In this document: positions 9,138 through 18,696 of the stretch, piece by piece
Numbering within the stretch: position 1 is the stretch's first letter
Layout: each line of letters begins with the position of its first letter
IMG/VR virus record: IMGVR_UViG_3300024042_000043
Span: 1 to 27,954 of that record
From: a virus
Taxonomy: Duplodnaviria > Caudoviricetes
DNA length: 27,954 bases
Reading direction: 5' to 3' (one strand)
Notes under the pieces: generated by a model
The model's input: only the letters and a program-made list of their open reading frames with translations
What the model was told of the DNA's origin: nothing
Database searches by the model: none
Made by a program: the position numbers and the translations under genes

Positions 9138-9230
9138 GCAATGGTTGTATGGCTTTTACACAATCATTGTAAGTATACTGACAATCACTGTTTGTCGATT
9201 TTTTTAGCGTCCAAAAACGCTCCAATTTTG
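9138..9230. promoter_or_regulatory. Divergent late-promoter region with three 11-bp pseudo-palindromes
   Basis: GCAATGGTTGT (9138), ACAATCATTGT (9160), ACAATCACTGT (9181); degenerate -7 CAATTTTG at 9223-9230. Confidence 0.55.
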
Positions 9231-9349
9231 TATCAACATCACCCCCCAAAACACACGGGTTTTACATTACACGGGTATTTAAAATGGGGTGCCTAAATAA
9301 AGCTTGAACAGCTTAAGTCATCAACCATTAAAAAGTAAAAGCAAATAAA

Positions 9350-9808
9350 ATGAGTAGTTGGATCAGAATAGCACAAAGCCAGTTGGGCGTACAAGAGTTT
9401 CCCAAAGGAAGTAACGCTGGCAAACAAGTAGAAATCTACCTTAAATCGGTAGGCTTGGGCAAAGGATATGCCTGGTGCATGGCTTTTGTATACTGGTGTA
9501 TACAGCAGGCTTTCTCGGCAAAGGGACTAACCCCGCCCTTAAAACGCACCGGAGGTGTGAGAGATCAGTATATCTTTTCGAAAAAATGGGCGGTAAAAGC
9601 TCCGCAGCCTGGCGACATCTTCATGATGATTTACAGCAATGGCTCAGGACACACTGGATTTGTAGAAAAACTTTTGCCAGGAGGATACATCCAAACCCTC
9701 GAAGGAAATACCAACGACGAAGGATCAAGAGAAGGTTACATGGTTTGCAGACGTGTAAGGGCGATATCAACAGTTAACGCCTTTATACGGCTAGAGGAAC
9801 CGCTTTAG
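9350..9808 (+). CDS. CHAP-domain endolysin
   Basis: Catalytic Cys (AWCMAFV), His (GHTGFV) and EGNT motif. Confidence 0.9.
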   Translation: MSSWIRIAQSQLGVQEFPKGSNAGKQVEIYLKSVGLGKGYAWCMAFVYWCIQQAFSAKGLTPPLKRTGGVRDQYIFSKKWAVKAPQPGDIFMMIYSNGSGHTGFVEKLLPGGYIQTLEGNTNDEGSREGYMVCRRVRAISTVNAFIRLEEPL

Positions 9809-9837
9809 CCTTTAAGTTTTGGGTTGATAGCACTTTG

Positions 9838-9873
9838 TTTCGAACGTGTCGCCTTTGGGCGGCCGTTCGCAAA
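9838..9873 (+). terminator. Possible hairpin after endolysin
   Basis: CGAACG..GTCGCC-TTTG-GGCGGC-CGTTCG imperfect stem; no clear U-tract. Confidence 0.35.
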
Positions 9874-9919
9874 CCTAGTGTCCAGATAGAATAGCACATC
9901 AAACTTGTAAAAAATTATC

Positions 9920-10357
9920 ATGAAAAACTTTATTAAAAAACTGATCGAGAAGATAAAAGCACTTTTCCAGGTGTTGGCCCCTTCCTACAAAAAGGCCTTG
10001 ATATTTGCCGTAGCCGTAGTGGATACTGTATACACCGCCATCAATAATCCCATGGCCGATGTTTTAGTGACACTAACTAAAAACACTACCGACGACAAAA
10101 TATTGGCCTGGTTAAGGGACCGCTTGCCAACTTTCCTTAAGCAATTTAAACTCTTTGCGGAAGTGGCAGACCTTACCGACCCTCAGGAAATAGTGCTGAA
10201 AGTTTCAGAGATCTTACAAAACCTAGAAAAAGCCGACCGTAATGGAGAACGCCTGAAAATGGCCGTTGCGCTGGCCGTAGAAATTACTGCAGACGGTAAG
10301 TTGGATTGGGCCGATGCTGTAAAAATAATCCAATCATTAAAAGACAAAAGTATTTAA
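9920..10357 (+). CDS. Hypothetical helical protein with hydrophobic N-terminal segment
   Basis: 145 aa; between lysin and sheath, 3-nt gap to the sheath gene. Confidence 0.6.
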   Translation: MKNFIKKLIEKIKALFQVLAPSYKKALIFAVAVVDTVYTAINNPMADVLVTLTKNTTDDKILAWLRDRLPTFLKQFKLFAEVADLTDPQEIVLKVSEILQNLEKADRNGERLKMAVALAVEITADGKLDWADAVKIIQSLKDKSI

Positions 10358-10360
10358 AAA

Positions 10361-11530
10361 ATGAGTTTACCAAACATTTCATTTAACATCCTCAATGGAG
10401 GGTTGCTGCAACAACCGGTAACAAGCGACAAAGTTGCGGGCTTAATTTTAACTGGTGCAACTGTTGCAGGCAAAGTTCAAATTGACACGCCTTATCAAGT
10501 GTTTAGCTTGTCGGAAATCGAAGAGCTGGGCATTACCGCTGAAGGGACCAACGCCTTTGCCTACAAACAATTTGAACAGTTTTACACCGAGGCCGGACAG
10601 GGCGCCGAATTATGGTTCATGTTGGTAGCAAGCACCGTTACCTACACCACCATGCTGGATGCAACCACCAACAATGCTGTAAAATTACTTGATGCTTCAA
10701 ATGGCGCTATCCGCGTGTTAGGTGTCGTAAAAACACCTCCTGCAGAAGTAACTGCTACTGAAGGTTTAGACGCCGACGTACATACCGCTGTAGTAAAGGC
10801 ACAGGCTTTAGCAGAGCAGTATGCAACCAAGTTTATGCCTGTAAGAATCGTGATCTCTGGCAACAACTACAGCGGAACCATTGCTGATTTGAAAGATTAC
10901 AAAACAGCTGGATTTAACCGCGTAGCTTGTTTAATTGCCAACACAGACACCAGCAAAGTAGCTGCTGTAGGTTTAGTATTAGGCAGATTGGCCCGTATTC
11001 CAGTACAACGTAACATTGGCCGCGTAGCTGATGGTCCTGCAGAAAGCTTGGCAGCTTATTTCACTAGCGGTGTAAAAGTAGAAAGCCAACAAAGTGGCTG
11101 GGATGCCATCCACAACAAAGGCTACATCTTTTTAAGATCGTTTGTAAGCAAAAGCGGCTATTATTTTAACGATGACACTACGCTTACCGCCGAAACAGAT
11201 GACTTTGTAAGCTTGGCTCGCGGCTTAGTGATTGACAAGAGCATTGTTTTAGGTTATGCCACTTTGGTTGAAAACCTTTTGGACGAAGTAGAGGTAACAG
11301 CTGAAGGAAAAATCCATCCAGCAGTTGTAAAAGGCTGGCAGGCACAAGTGGAGCGAGCATTAGCGACCATGGTAGAAGCAGGAAACCTATCCAATGCCGA
11401 ATGCTATATCGATGAGCAGCAAAACATCCTAAGCACAGGAAAATTAGACGTTGCCATCAGGCTACAGCCCGTTGGTTATGCCAAACAAATTAACGTAAAT
11501 ATCGGATTTACCACCACAATAAATAATTAA
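10361..11530 (+). CDS. Contractile tail sheath protein (DUF2586-like)
   Basis: 389 aa; MSLPNISF..NGGL start, LGRLARIPVQRNIGRV, C-terminal IRLQPVGYAKQINVNIGF typical of sheaths. Confidence 0.85.
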   Translation: MSLPNISFNILNGGLLQQPVTSDKVAGLILTGATVAGKVQIDTPYQVFSLSEIEELGITAEGTNAFAYKQFEQFYTEAGQGAELWFMLVASTVTYTTMLDATTNNAVKLLDASNGAIRVLGVVKTPPAEVTATEGLDADVHTAVVKAQALAEQYATKFMPVRIVISGNNYSGTIADLKDYKTAGFNRVACLIANTDTSKVAAVGLVLGRLARIPVQRNIGRVADGPAESLAAYFTSGVKVESQQSGWDAIHNKGYIFLRSFVSKSGYYFNDDTTLTAETDDFVSLARGLVIDKSIVLGYATLVENLLDEVEVTAEGKIHPAVVKGWQAQVERALATMVEAGNLSNAECYIDEQQNILSTGKLDVAIRLQPVGYAKQINVNIGFTTTINN

Positions 11531-11531
11531 T

Positions 11532-11942
11532 ATGTTTTCAAGTAAGCAATATGCATGGAGCGACATTAGCGTATCCATTGGCGGAAAAGTACTACAAGGC
11601 ATTACAGCCATTGAGTATACCCAAAAAAGAGAAAAAGAACTGATTTATGGCCGTGGCGACGATCCACATTCTATTGGCCGCGGTAAAAACTCCTATGAAG
11701 GAAAAGTTTCCATTTGGCAAAGCGAATTAGAGGCCATGGTGCAAAGCACAGCAAGTAAAAACGTGCTTTCCTTATCCTTCGACCTTATCGTTTCTTACGT
11801 TCCAGAAGATGGTGGCCCAATTGTAACCGACATCCTTCAAAACGTAGAATTTACCGAGGTAAAGAAATCGATGAAACAAGGCGATAAAAACATGATCATC
11901 GAAATGCCTATCATTTTCACCAAAGTCAAATTACAAAAATAA
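11532..11942 (+). CDS. Tail tube protein
   Basis: 136 aa, FSSKQYAWSDI...YGRGDDPHSIGRG; directly after sheath. Confidence 0.85.
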   Translation: MFSSKQYAWSDISVSIGGKVLQGITAIEYTQKREKELIYGRGDDPHSIGRGKNSYEGKVSIWQSELEAMVQSTASKNVLSLSFDLIVSYVPEDGGPIVTDILQNVEFTEVKKSMKQGDKNMIIEMPIIFTKVKLQK

Positions 11943-11944
11943 GC

Positions 11945-12238
11945 ATGAGTAAAGTAACAACCCAACAAATTGCCGAGTGGAAAAAGAAGCACGGCGATAT
12001 TTTTAAAATCACAGTAGATGGCAAAGAAGCCTATTTACATAAGCCAGACAGGAAAACTTTAGGTTATGCCACGTCCCTAGCCGCCAACGAACCCCTAAAA
12101 TTTAACGAGGTTCTTTTAAACAATTGCTGGTTAGGTGGTGATACCGAAATCAAGACAGATGATACCCTGTTCCTGTCGGCATCATCAAAATTGGCAGAGC
12201 TTATCGAGATTAAGAATGCCGAACTGGTAAAGTTGTAG
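11945..12238 (+). CDS. Tail assembly chaperone (gpG-like)
   Basis: 97 aa, IAEWKKKHGDIF motif; between tube and tape measure. Confidence 0.8.
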   Translation: MSKVTTQQIAEWKKKHGDIFKITVDGKEAYLHKPDRKTLGYATSLAANEPLKFNEVLLNNCWLGGDTEIKTDDTLFLSASSKLAELIEIKNAELVKL

Positions 12239-12402
12239 AGGGGAGTGAAGTAAGGGACGGTGAATGGATAAGAATTTGTAATGCTCAATTACGCTACTAT
12301 ATGCACCTGGATCCAAATGTTCTTAGCGACCATGAATGGGCTACCGCTATTAAGGACTTGGAGTGGATCCGAAAACAGGAAGCAAGTACAAATTCATTCT
12401 AA
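12214..12402 (+). CDS. -1 frame extension of tail chaperone (gpGT-like)
   Basis: Open -1 frame overlapping the chaperone end at GTA-AAG-TTG-TAG; encodes ..EWIRICNAQLRYYMHLDPNVLSDHEWA..WIRKQE. Confidence 0.7.
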   Translation, partial: ECRTGKVVEGSEVRDGEWIRICNAQLRYYMHLDPNVLSDHEWATAIKDLEWIRKQEASTNSF

Positions 12403-12527
12403 AGAAACCCATCGGTTTTACCGTCCCGAACTTTACCAATAGCACGCCCCTCCACTCAACACAATAATTCATTTTTCTAAGCAAGCCGCTTTTCAACAAG
12501 CATCCATTTTCTATAAAAATTACTTCA

Positions 12528-14531
12528 ATGGCCGATATCTCAAGCAATATTTCCTCTTTATCTGATAGAATGTCAAGGTTGATTATTCTGAACGATATTT
12601 TATTAAACCAGTGGAATAGGATTGAAAGAAACTCTCGTATAGTTGCCGGTGCTTTTGACGGGGTGGCCAGATCGGCCGATGCCTTAATTCAAAGGCTTGA
12701 GCGCTTGAGCAATAGTTCGGGTCCATTTTCTGGCATGAGCTTAAGTTACGCCAGAAGCTATAACAACGAGCTAAGCTTAACCAATAGCCAAATGCAGCGC
12801 CTAACCGCCTCGGGCAATACGATAGGAGTTCAGGCGAGTGCTCAGCAAAGCATCAGGAGCTACAGGAATGAAGTAATGGCGCTTAATGTTGAATTTAGAG
12901 GGCTTCAACAAACTCAGGAAAGGGCTGCGGCCGCAGGAGCTACAGCTACACAAGCACCAGCGAGAAGTAGTAGCAAGTTACTCCAAGAAGCAGTCAATAT
13001 CGAAACCAATCCTTACAAAATACTTGGTAATGTAATGAGCGGTGGCATGGAAGCAGATGCACAAAAAGGCAGCTTGTTAGGTGCCGTGAAAGGAGATACA
13101 GAAAAAGCAAAATCTTTATACGACCAACTTTCTGCCTATAGCTTAAAATCGCCTTATGACAAAGCAGAGCTAATAGAAGCACAAAATGCGATGATGAAGT
13201 TGGGCTTAAGTTCTGAAACGGCTTTAGGTAAACTGAAAAACATTGGAGACATTGCGCTTGGAAACGCAGGCAACATGTCGGCATTATCTGATGCCCTCGC
13301 TAAAACTACCGCCAAGGGACAACTACAAAAGGAAGAATACCAGAAGATGAAAGAAGCTGGATTTGATCCTCTGGAGGCCATTAGCAAAAAGACAGGAGAG
13401 AGCATCGAAAGCCTTCAATCACGAATGGCCAATGGCGCCATCAGCGCAAAGGAACTTTCCCAATCCTTCGAATGGGCCACCCAAAAAGGTGGGGACTTTT
13501 ACCAAGGATCGGAAAAGGCTGGTCAAAACCTGGGCACCAAATGGCAGCAAATGCTTCGAGGTGTTTCAGAAGTATCCTTAAAAATTTACGAGCTGATTGC
13601 CCCAGTACTTATGCCTATTGTTTCGGGCATTACCTTTGCTTTCGATAAAATAGCCCAGGGAATTGGCTGGTTCATTGGTCAACTACAAGCAGGCAATCCA
13701 TATGTAATAGCGGCAGCCATTGCCATTGGCTCTTTTGCGGCGGCATTGCTCATCTTTAATGTTTATACAGAATTAGCAGCCATTGCGCAAAACAAATTAT
13801 CCCTAGCATTTCTGAAGAATCCAATAGTATGGGTAATTGCCGCAATTATTGCCCTCATCGCTACCATTGCTTATGTAATTTACAAAACCGATGGCTGGGG
13901 TAAAGCCTGGGGGCATACTGTGAATGCTGCCACATTCATGTGGCAAGCATTCTGCGCCGCAGGTAGGCTACAATGGGACATCATGATTAACGGAATCATG
14001 GTTGGGCTTGATTTGATCAGAAGAGGTTGGTATGTATTTAGGAATAGTGTAGGCCTAGGTGATAGAAAAGAAAATAATGCCGCCATTGCCGAAATAAATG
14101 AAGACATGAGACAACGTGCGGTTGCTGTAGCCCAAGGCGCAGCAAACGTAGTTAGGCTAACTGCAAGTGCTGGACGAGAGATGCGAGCAGCAGCAGGTTC
14201 ATTAAGTTGGAATAGCGGTCGAAGCATCTCAGATCTCACTACAGGATTTAAGAAACAGCTCGGAATGTCTGATGCACCCACTCAACCTGCTGCCACCAAT
14301 GAAAAAGGCACAGGACAAGGAAATCCAGGCAACCCTGTGCAAACCACTACAGACAGCATTACTGGCGGAGGCAGCAGGCCAAGCAGCATCACCATCAACT
14401 TAGGCAAAATGCAAGATCAAATCGTGATCAATACCATTAGCGCAGGAGAAGGTGCCAGCAGCATGCGCCAATTATTAGAAGAAGAATTAAACCGTTTATT
14501 AGGCTCAGTGGCCGCCATGCAAACCACATAA
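12528..14531 (+). CDS. Tail tape measure protein
   Basis: 667 aa, Ala-rich helical, tape-measure core (LGDIA-like GDIALG, KGQLQKEE), hydrophobic segments, Trp periodicity. Confidence 0.9.
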   Translation: MADISSNISSLSDRMSRLIILNDILLNQWNRIERNSRIVAGAFDGVARSADALIQRLERLSNSSGPFSGMSLSYARSYNNELSLTNSQMQRLTASGNTIGVQASAQQSIRSYRNEVMALNVEFRGLQQTQERAAAAGATATQAPARSSSKLLQEAVNIETNPYKILGNVMSGGMEADAQKGSLLGAVKGDTEKAKSLYDQLSAYSLKSPYDKAELIEAQNAMMKLGLSSETALGKLKNIGDIALGNAGNMSALSDALAKTTAKGQLQKEEYQKMKEAGFDPLEAISKKTGESIESLQSRMANGAISAKELSQSFEWATQKGGDFYQGSEKAGQNLGTKWQQMLRGVSEVSLKIYELIAPVLMPIVSGITFAFDKIAQGIGWFIGQLQAGNPYVIAAAIAIGSFAAALLIFNVYTELAAIAQNKLSLAFLKNPIVWVIAAIIALIATIAYVIYKTDGWGKAWGHTVNAATFMWQAFCAAGRLQWDIMINGIMVGLDLIRRGWYVFRNSVGLGDRKENNAAIAEINEDMRQRAVAVAQGAANVVRLTASAGREMRAAAGSLSWNSGRSISDLTTGFKKQLGMSDAPTQPAATNEKGTGQGNPGNPVQTTTDSITGGGSRPSSITINLGKMQDQIVINTISAGEGASSMRQLLEEELNRLLGSVAAMQTT

Positions 14532-14536
14532 AAGAT

Positions 14537-15127
14537 ATGGAACTTTCAATAAAAGAACTCACCGCACTGGCTCACTTAAGCTATATCGCTGCACCCTACC
14601 CTGATTTTGGAGGATTAAAAAAAGATGCCCTGAAAAGAAAAGCCCAGAGTTATTATCTCCATGATGTTTACAATGTCGATCAGCAAGCAGCTTTAGGTCG
14701 ACCATACTTCATGACCTTAGCAGTGCAAAATGGCGAAAAAACAAGGTGGTTTCCTAATGAACCCTTGGTATCTATCTCTCGCAAAAAAACAATAGTAGAA
14801 ACAGCTACCGTGGGCGAAAACCGTACTGGAACAGTAAAGGAATACATCTGTGCCGAAGACTACGAAATTGATATTAAGGGCGTAATTATTGGCGACGATG
14901 ATAGCTATCCCGCCGAAGAAGTAAAAAATCTGAATGATCTTTTCAACCTCAAGGGGACATTAGAAATACAAAAAAATCCGTTTTTCGAGCTTTTTGGCAT
15001 ACAGCGAATCATCCTAAAAACCATCAGTTTCGACGAAATGGTGGGCAAGCAAAGTATCCAAAAATACACGATAAAGGCAGTGAGTGAAGAACCATTTTTT
15101 GCGGAACTAGAAAATAGGAAAAAATAA
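14537..15127 (+). CDS. DUF6046-like tail tube initiator/baseplate protein
   Basis: EPLVSISRKKTIVET...GTVKEYI..EDYEI.IKG motif; follows tape measure. Confidence 0.75.
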   Translation: MELSIKELTALAHLSYIAAPYPDFGGLKKDALKRKAQSYYLHDVYNVDQQAALGRPYFMTLAVQNGEKTRWFPNEPLVSISRKKTIVETATVGENRTGTVKEYICAEDYEIDIKGVIIGDDDSYPAEEVKNLNDLFNLKGTLEIQKNPFFELFGIQRIILKTISFDEMVGKQSIQKYTIKAVSEEPFFAELENRKK

Positions 15128-16104
15128 TGTTTGTTTTAACTGGACACTTTGAAATAGGGAACTATAAGTTCGACGCCATTAATGAGATAGAGATTACCCG
15201 CAGCATCGACGAAATCAGCGGAAGTGCAGTGATCAAAATGCCGTCGAAATTCTTCATCAAGCAAAATGGTGCTTTAAGGTATACCGAAGAGGCAATTACC
15301 GCCGGAGATTCCGTAAAGATCACCATAGGATACAAAGATAAATTGGTGAAACAGGAATTTGTAGGCTTTGTAGACAGCATCAAAACGGGAAATATCATAC
15401 AGATCAATTGCACCGATGGCCTACGACCTTTGAAACGCAAGGATTTCAAATGCAATGAGCAAAAAACTACTCTTGCGAACGTACTTAAGAAAATTGTTGA
15501 GGGAACAGACATCAAACTGTCCGACAAGCTGCCAGAGGTAACTTTGGAAAAGTTTACCCGCAAGGAGGGCAACGCCATGCAGGCCCTCCAATCACTAAAA
15601 GAACAAACGGGTTTGAGCATTTTCCTTAACGACGAAGGCAAGCTACACTGCGGATTACAGCAATTATTCAATATTGGGAAATATGCTGCCTACGATCTCA
15701 ATTACAACATCGTAAAAAACGATTTGCAAATCCGCACCAAAAGCGACAAAAAAATAAAGATCGTTTATACCGCAAAAACCAAAGACAATCAGAAAATCAG
15801 CGTAGAGGCTGGAGACAAGGATGGCGAATTGCAGGAAATTACACAGCAAATGGTTTTGGATGTGGACACCCTAAAACAAATGGCCAATAACCACCTTTCA
15901 AAACTTCAATATGATGGATACGAGGGCGATTTAACCAGCTTTCTAATTCCTTACGCTGCACCGGCAATGGGAGCCAAAATTGTCGACGACAAACGGCCGC
16001 ATCGAAACGGCATCTACCTTATCAAAAAAGTAGTCACCACTTTCGGTACAAGCGGAGCCAGACGAAAAGTAAGTATCGGGAACAAATTAGCCAACGAAAC
16101 ATGA
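15127..16104 (+). CDS. Baseplate hub (gpD/Mu gp44-like)
   Basis: 325 aa; IGY...EFVGFV N-terminus, GIYLIKKVVTTFGTSGARRKV C-terminus; synteny. Confidence 0.8.
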   Translation: MFVLTGHFEIGNYKFDAINEIEITRSIDEISGSAVIKMPSKFFIKQNGALRYTEEAITAGDSVKITIGYKDKLVKQEFVGFVDSIKTGNIIQINCTDGLRPLKRKDFKCNEQKTTLANVLKKIVEGTDIKLSDKLPEVTLEKFTRKEGNAMQALQSLKEQTGLSIFLNDEGKLHCGLQQLFNIGKYAAYDLNYNIVKNDLQIRTKSDKKIKIVYTAKTKDNQKISVEAGDKDGELQEITQQMVLDVDTLKQMANNHLSKLQYDGYEGDLTSFLIPYAAPAMGAKIVDDKRPHRNGIYLIKKVVTTFGTSGARRKVSIGNKLANET

Positions 16105-16592
16105 GTGAGACCATTAGAACAGCTTTAAAACTTATTACCAAACAAGATACCGACACCAATATCATGAAGGTATTATCGGTAGACAAGCAAAACGGCACTT
16201 GCACTTGTGATGATGGGTTTATTACCCATACCGACGTCAGGCTTTCGGCAATCATCGATGAAAAAGCACAAAAGCTTTACATCATCCCCAAGGTAGGCAC
16301 TACGGTACTGGTAACGCCCATTGAAGCCGACTACAACCTCCAGTTTGTAGCCATGGCCAGCGAAGTAGAGGAATTTTATTTAGGCATAGATCAGGTGGTG
16401 TTTGACGTCACCAAAGAAGGTTTCCTGCTCAAAAAGGAAAATGAAACCCTCAGGATGATCATGCTCGACCTCCTATCGGCCATAAAGGCCATGAAATTTA
16501 CCACCAACGTAGGGCCTACCATTGCCCTGGTGAACACCGCCCAATTTACAGGCATTGAAAACAGAGTTAAAGACTTTTTAAAAGCAGATTAA
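16101..16592 (+). CDS. Baseplate central spike (gpV-like OB fold)
   Basis: VLSVD...TC, DVRL, IPKVGTTVLV motifs; ATGA overlap with hub. Confidence 0.7.
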   Translation: MSETIRTALKLITKQDTDTNIMKVLSVDKQNGTCTCDDGFITHTDVRLSAIIDEKAQKLYIIPKVGTTVLVTPIEADYNLQFVAMASEVEEFYLGIDQVVFDVTKEGFLLKKENETLRMIMLDLLSAIKAMKFTTNVGPTIALVNTAQFTGIENRVKDFLKAD

Positions 16593-16811
16593 ATGGCATT
16601 AGATAGCAACAGGTTAAAAGCCAAGATCAAAGAAGCATTTGAAGCCGAGCAGCAGGAGCAAAATGACCATAACACTGCTTTGGATAGGATTGCCGACAAA
16701 TTAGCGCAAGCAATTGTGGAAGAGATTAAACAGCTCAGAATAAACTATAGCAGTGGTTTATTGGCACCAAACGGGGCCGTAACAGGAACAATTAATGCCA
16801 GCATATCCTAA
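16593..16811 (+). CDS. Small baseplate protein (possible spike tip)
   Basis: 72 aa, C-terminal GLLAPNGAVTGTI; directly after spike. Confidence 0.5.
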   Translation: MALDSNRLKAKIKEAFEAEQQEQNDHNTALDRIADKLAQAIVEEIKQLRINYSSGLLAPNGAVTGTINASIS

Positions 16812-17107
16812 TGGAAGAGTTTTTCAAAAATTATGTTAGCGAATTGGCCTTAGCGGTCATTGGTGCTTTTGTGGGCTGGTTCTTTCAGCGCAAAAAACAA
16901 CTTGCCGAACTAAGAGGCAGCGAAATTGAAAACGCAGAAAAGGGATTGCAGTATTACCGCCAAATGGTTGATGACCTGGGCAATCGTTTAACCCAGGCCA
17001 TTGCGGAGCTTAACGCCACCAAAATGGTGATTAAGGAACTGGAAGAAAAGATAGAAGCACTTACAGAAGAGCTAAGGAAATACAAGCAGTTAAACGGGAA
17101 ATTATAA
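16811..17107 (+). CDS. Holin-like membrane protein (1 TM + coiled coil)
   Basis: TM LALAVIGAFVGWFF followed by QRKK and a long heptad coiled coil. Confidence 0.55.
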   Translation: MEEFFKNYVSELALAVIGAFVGWFFQRKKQLAELRGSEIENAEKGLQYYRQMVDDLGNRLTQAIAELNATKMVIKELEEKIEALTEELRKYKQLNGKL

Positions 17108-17397
17108 TGCAGATCAAGGCACAACACAACCAATCGGTTTTAGACTTACTGTTACAGCATACAGGAAGTTTGGCAAGCGCACTCGCCTTTGCCGTGGCCA
17201 ACCAAATGTCCATTACAGACGAACTGGAAATTGGCTCAAGCTATGTTTTACCTGATGGGGTGACTACCGACACGGATATTTTAAATTATTATACCAACAA
17301 CGCCTACAAACCTGCCACAGGCAATGCTGTGATGGTTATTAATACCGATTATGGTATTGGCGAAATGGCAATAGCACAAACATTTATAATAAGATAA
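17107..17397 (+). CDS. LysM-like tail protein (gpX-like)
   Basis: NQSVLDLLLQHTGS...ANQMSITDEL..G..YVLP degenerate LysM. Confidence 0.7.
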   Translation: MQIKAQHNQSVLDLLLQHTGSLASALAFAVANQMSITDELEIGSSYVLPDGVTTDTDILNYYTNNAYKPATGNAVMVINTDYGIGEMAIAQTFIIR

Positions 17398-18236
17398 TGG
17401 CTAGAAGTATAGATCAAATTCAAACAGAAATTATTCAAACGAAAGAGCAAAACCCTGCACTAACGGGGCTCACCAGCACAAGCAAAACTTCCATCTGGCA
17501 GCTAATTACTTATGTGGTTGCCTATGCCATTTATACTTTGGAGGTATTGTTTGACACCCATAAGGCCGAAACCGATAGCGCAATTGCTTTGTTAAAACCC
17601 CACACCAAACGCTGGTACAGGCAAAAAGCGCTCGACTTCCAATATGGCTTCGACCTAGTGGAAGATAGCGACAAATACAACAACGCTGGTGCAGAAGCCG
17701 ATGTTATTGACCAAAGTAAGATCATTAAGTATGCTGCCGTAACAGAAGCAACAGACCAAAGCAGGGTAATTATTAAAATTGCAACGGAAACCGATGGAAA
17801 ACTAAGCCCCATTGAACCAGAACAAAAGTTCGCCTTTGATGCCTACATCAATGAAATAAAGGATGCGGGTGTAAGTGTAAATGCCATTAATTTCCAGCCG
17901 GATAAGCTTTACCTTAACATGAAAATCTTTTATGATCCTTTGGTGTTAGACGCCCAGGGGAACAGCATTATCAGTGGAGGCAGACCCGTAGAAGACGCTA
18001 TTTTCAACTACTTGAAGAACTTGCCCTTTGATGGTCAACTGGTGTTGGCACACTTGGTAGATGCGCTTCAAAAAGTACAAGGGGTACTCATCCCCCATTT
18101 GGATAGCGCCGAAAGTGCCTGGATAGACGGAACCATTAACAATTACGGTCCCGCAGCACCCATTGATGTGAGAGTAACTCCCGCATCCGGATACTTTGAG
18201 GTGGTAAACTTTAACAACATCAGCTATGTGGTATAA
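17397..18236 (+). CDS. Baseplate J-like wedge protein
   Basis: MARSIDQIQ start, YINEIKDAGV, YLKNLPFDG..LVDALQKVQGV; synteny. Confidence 0.8.
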   Translation: MARSIDQIQTEIIQTKEQNPALTGLTSTSKTSIWQLITYVVAYAIYTLEVLFDTHKAETDSAIALLKPHTKRWYRQKALDFQYGFDLVEDSDKYNNAGAEADVIDQSKIIKYAAVTEATDQSRVIIKIATETDGKLSPIEPEQKFAFDAYINEIKDAGVSVNAINFQPDKLYLNMKIFYDPLVLDAQGNSIISGGRPVEDAIFNYLKNLPFDGQLVLAHLVDALQKVQGVLIPHLDSAESAWIDGTINNYGPAAPIDVRVTPASGYFEVVNFNNISYVV

Positions 18237-18696
18237 AATAGACATCAATAAACTGGTTGTTCTCCTTACTCCCACTTTTCTCCGTAAGGCTAGCTTGCTG
18301 GCTTGGCTACAAACCCTGGTTACACCCATTGCCTCCGTACACCAGCTATGGCTATTGAATAGAGAAAACAACTTAAAACGCCTTCAGCATAATGGTCAGG
18401 TTTGCTATTTAAGGAAAGCCTTAAATGATGCTTTTGACACAGAATTACGTCGCATTACCCTCACTGAAGGAAACAGATATACACGCAGATACATTTACAC
18501 CAACATTGAGCAGCAAGCGCAGTATTTAGGCACAAAGTACCTCAGACAGAGCGCAGATTATGCCGATACGGGCGTAGATTTTAGAGTAGTAGTTCCGAAA
18601 GGATTTGATTTAACAAACAATAAATACCAGCTACAAGCCTTAGTTGACTTTTACAAGCTGGCAGGAAAAAGATATATAATTGAAGTAAATGAATAA
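18226..18696 (+). CDS. Baseplate wedge protein (gpI-like)
   Basis: HNGQVCYLRKALNDAFD, DFRVVVP, YKLAGKRY motifs; follows J-like gene. Confidence 0.7.
   Translation: MWYKIDINKLVVLLTPTFLRKASLLAWLQTLVTPIASVHQLWLLNRENNLKRLQHNGQVCYLRKALNDAFDTELRRITLTEGNRYTRRYIYTNIEQQAQYLGTKYLRQSADYADTGVDFRVVVPKGFDLTNNKYQLQALVDFYKLAGKRYIIEVNE

Noticed and set aside
9253-9276. ACACGGGT direct repeat upstream of the lysin
   Set aside because: Two 8-bp copies only; cannot distinguish a deletion scar or binding site from chance
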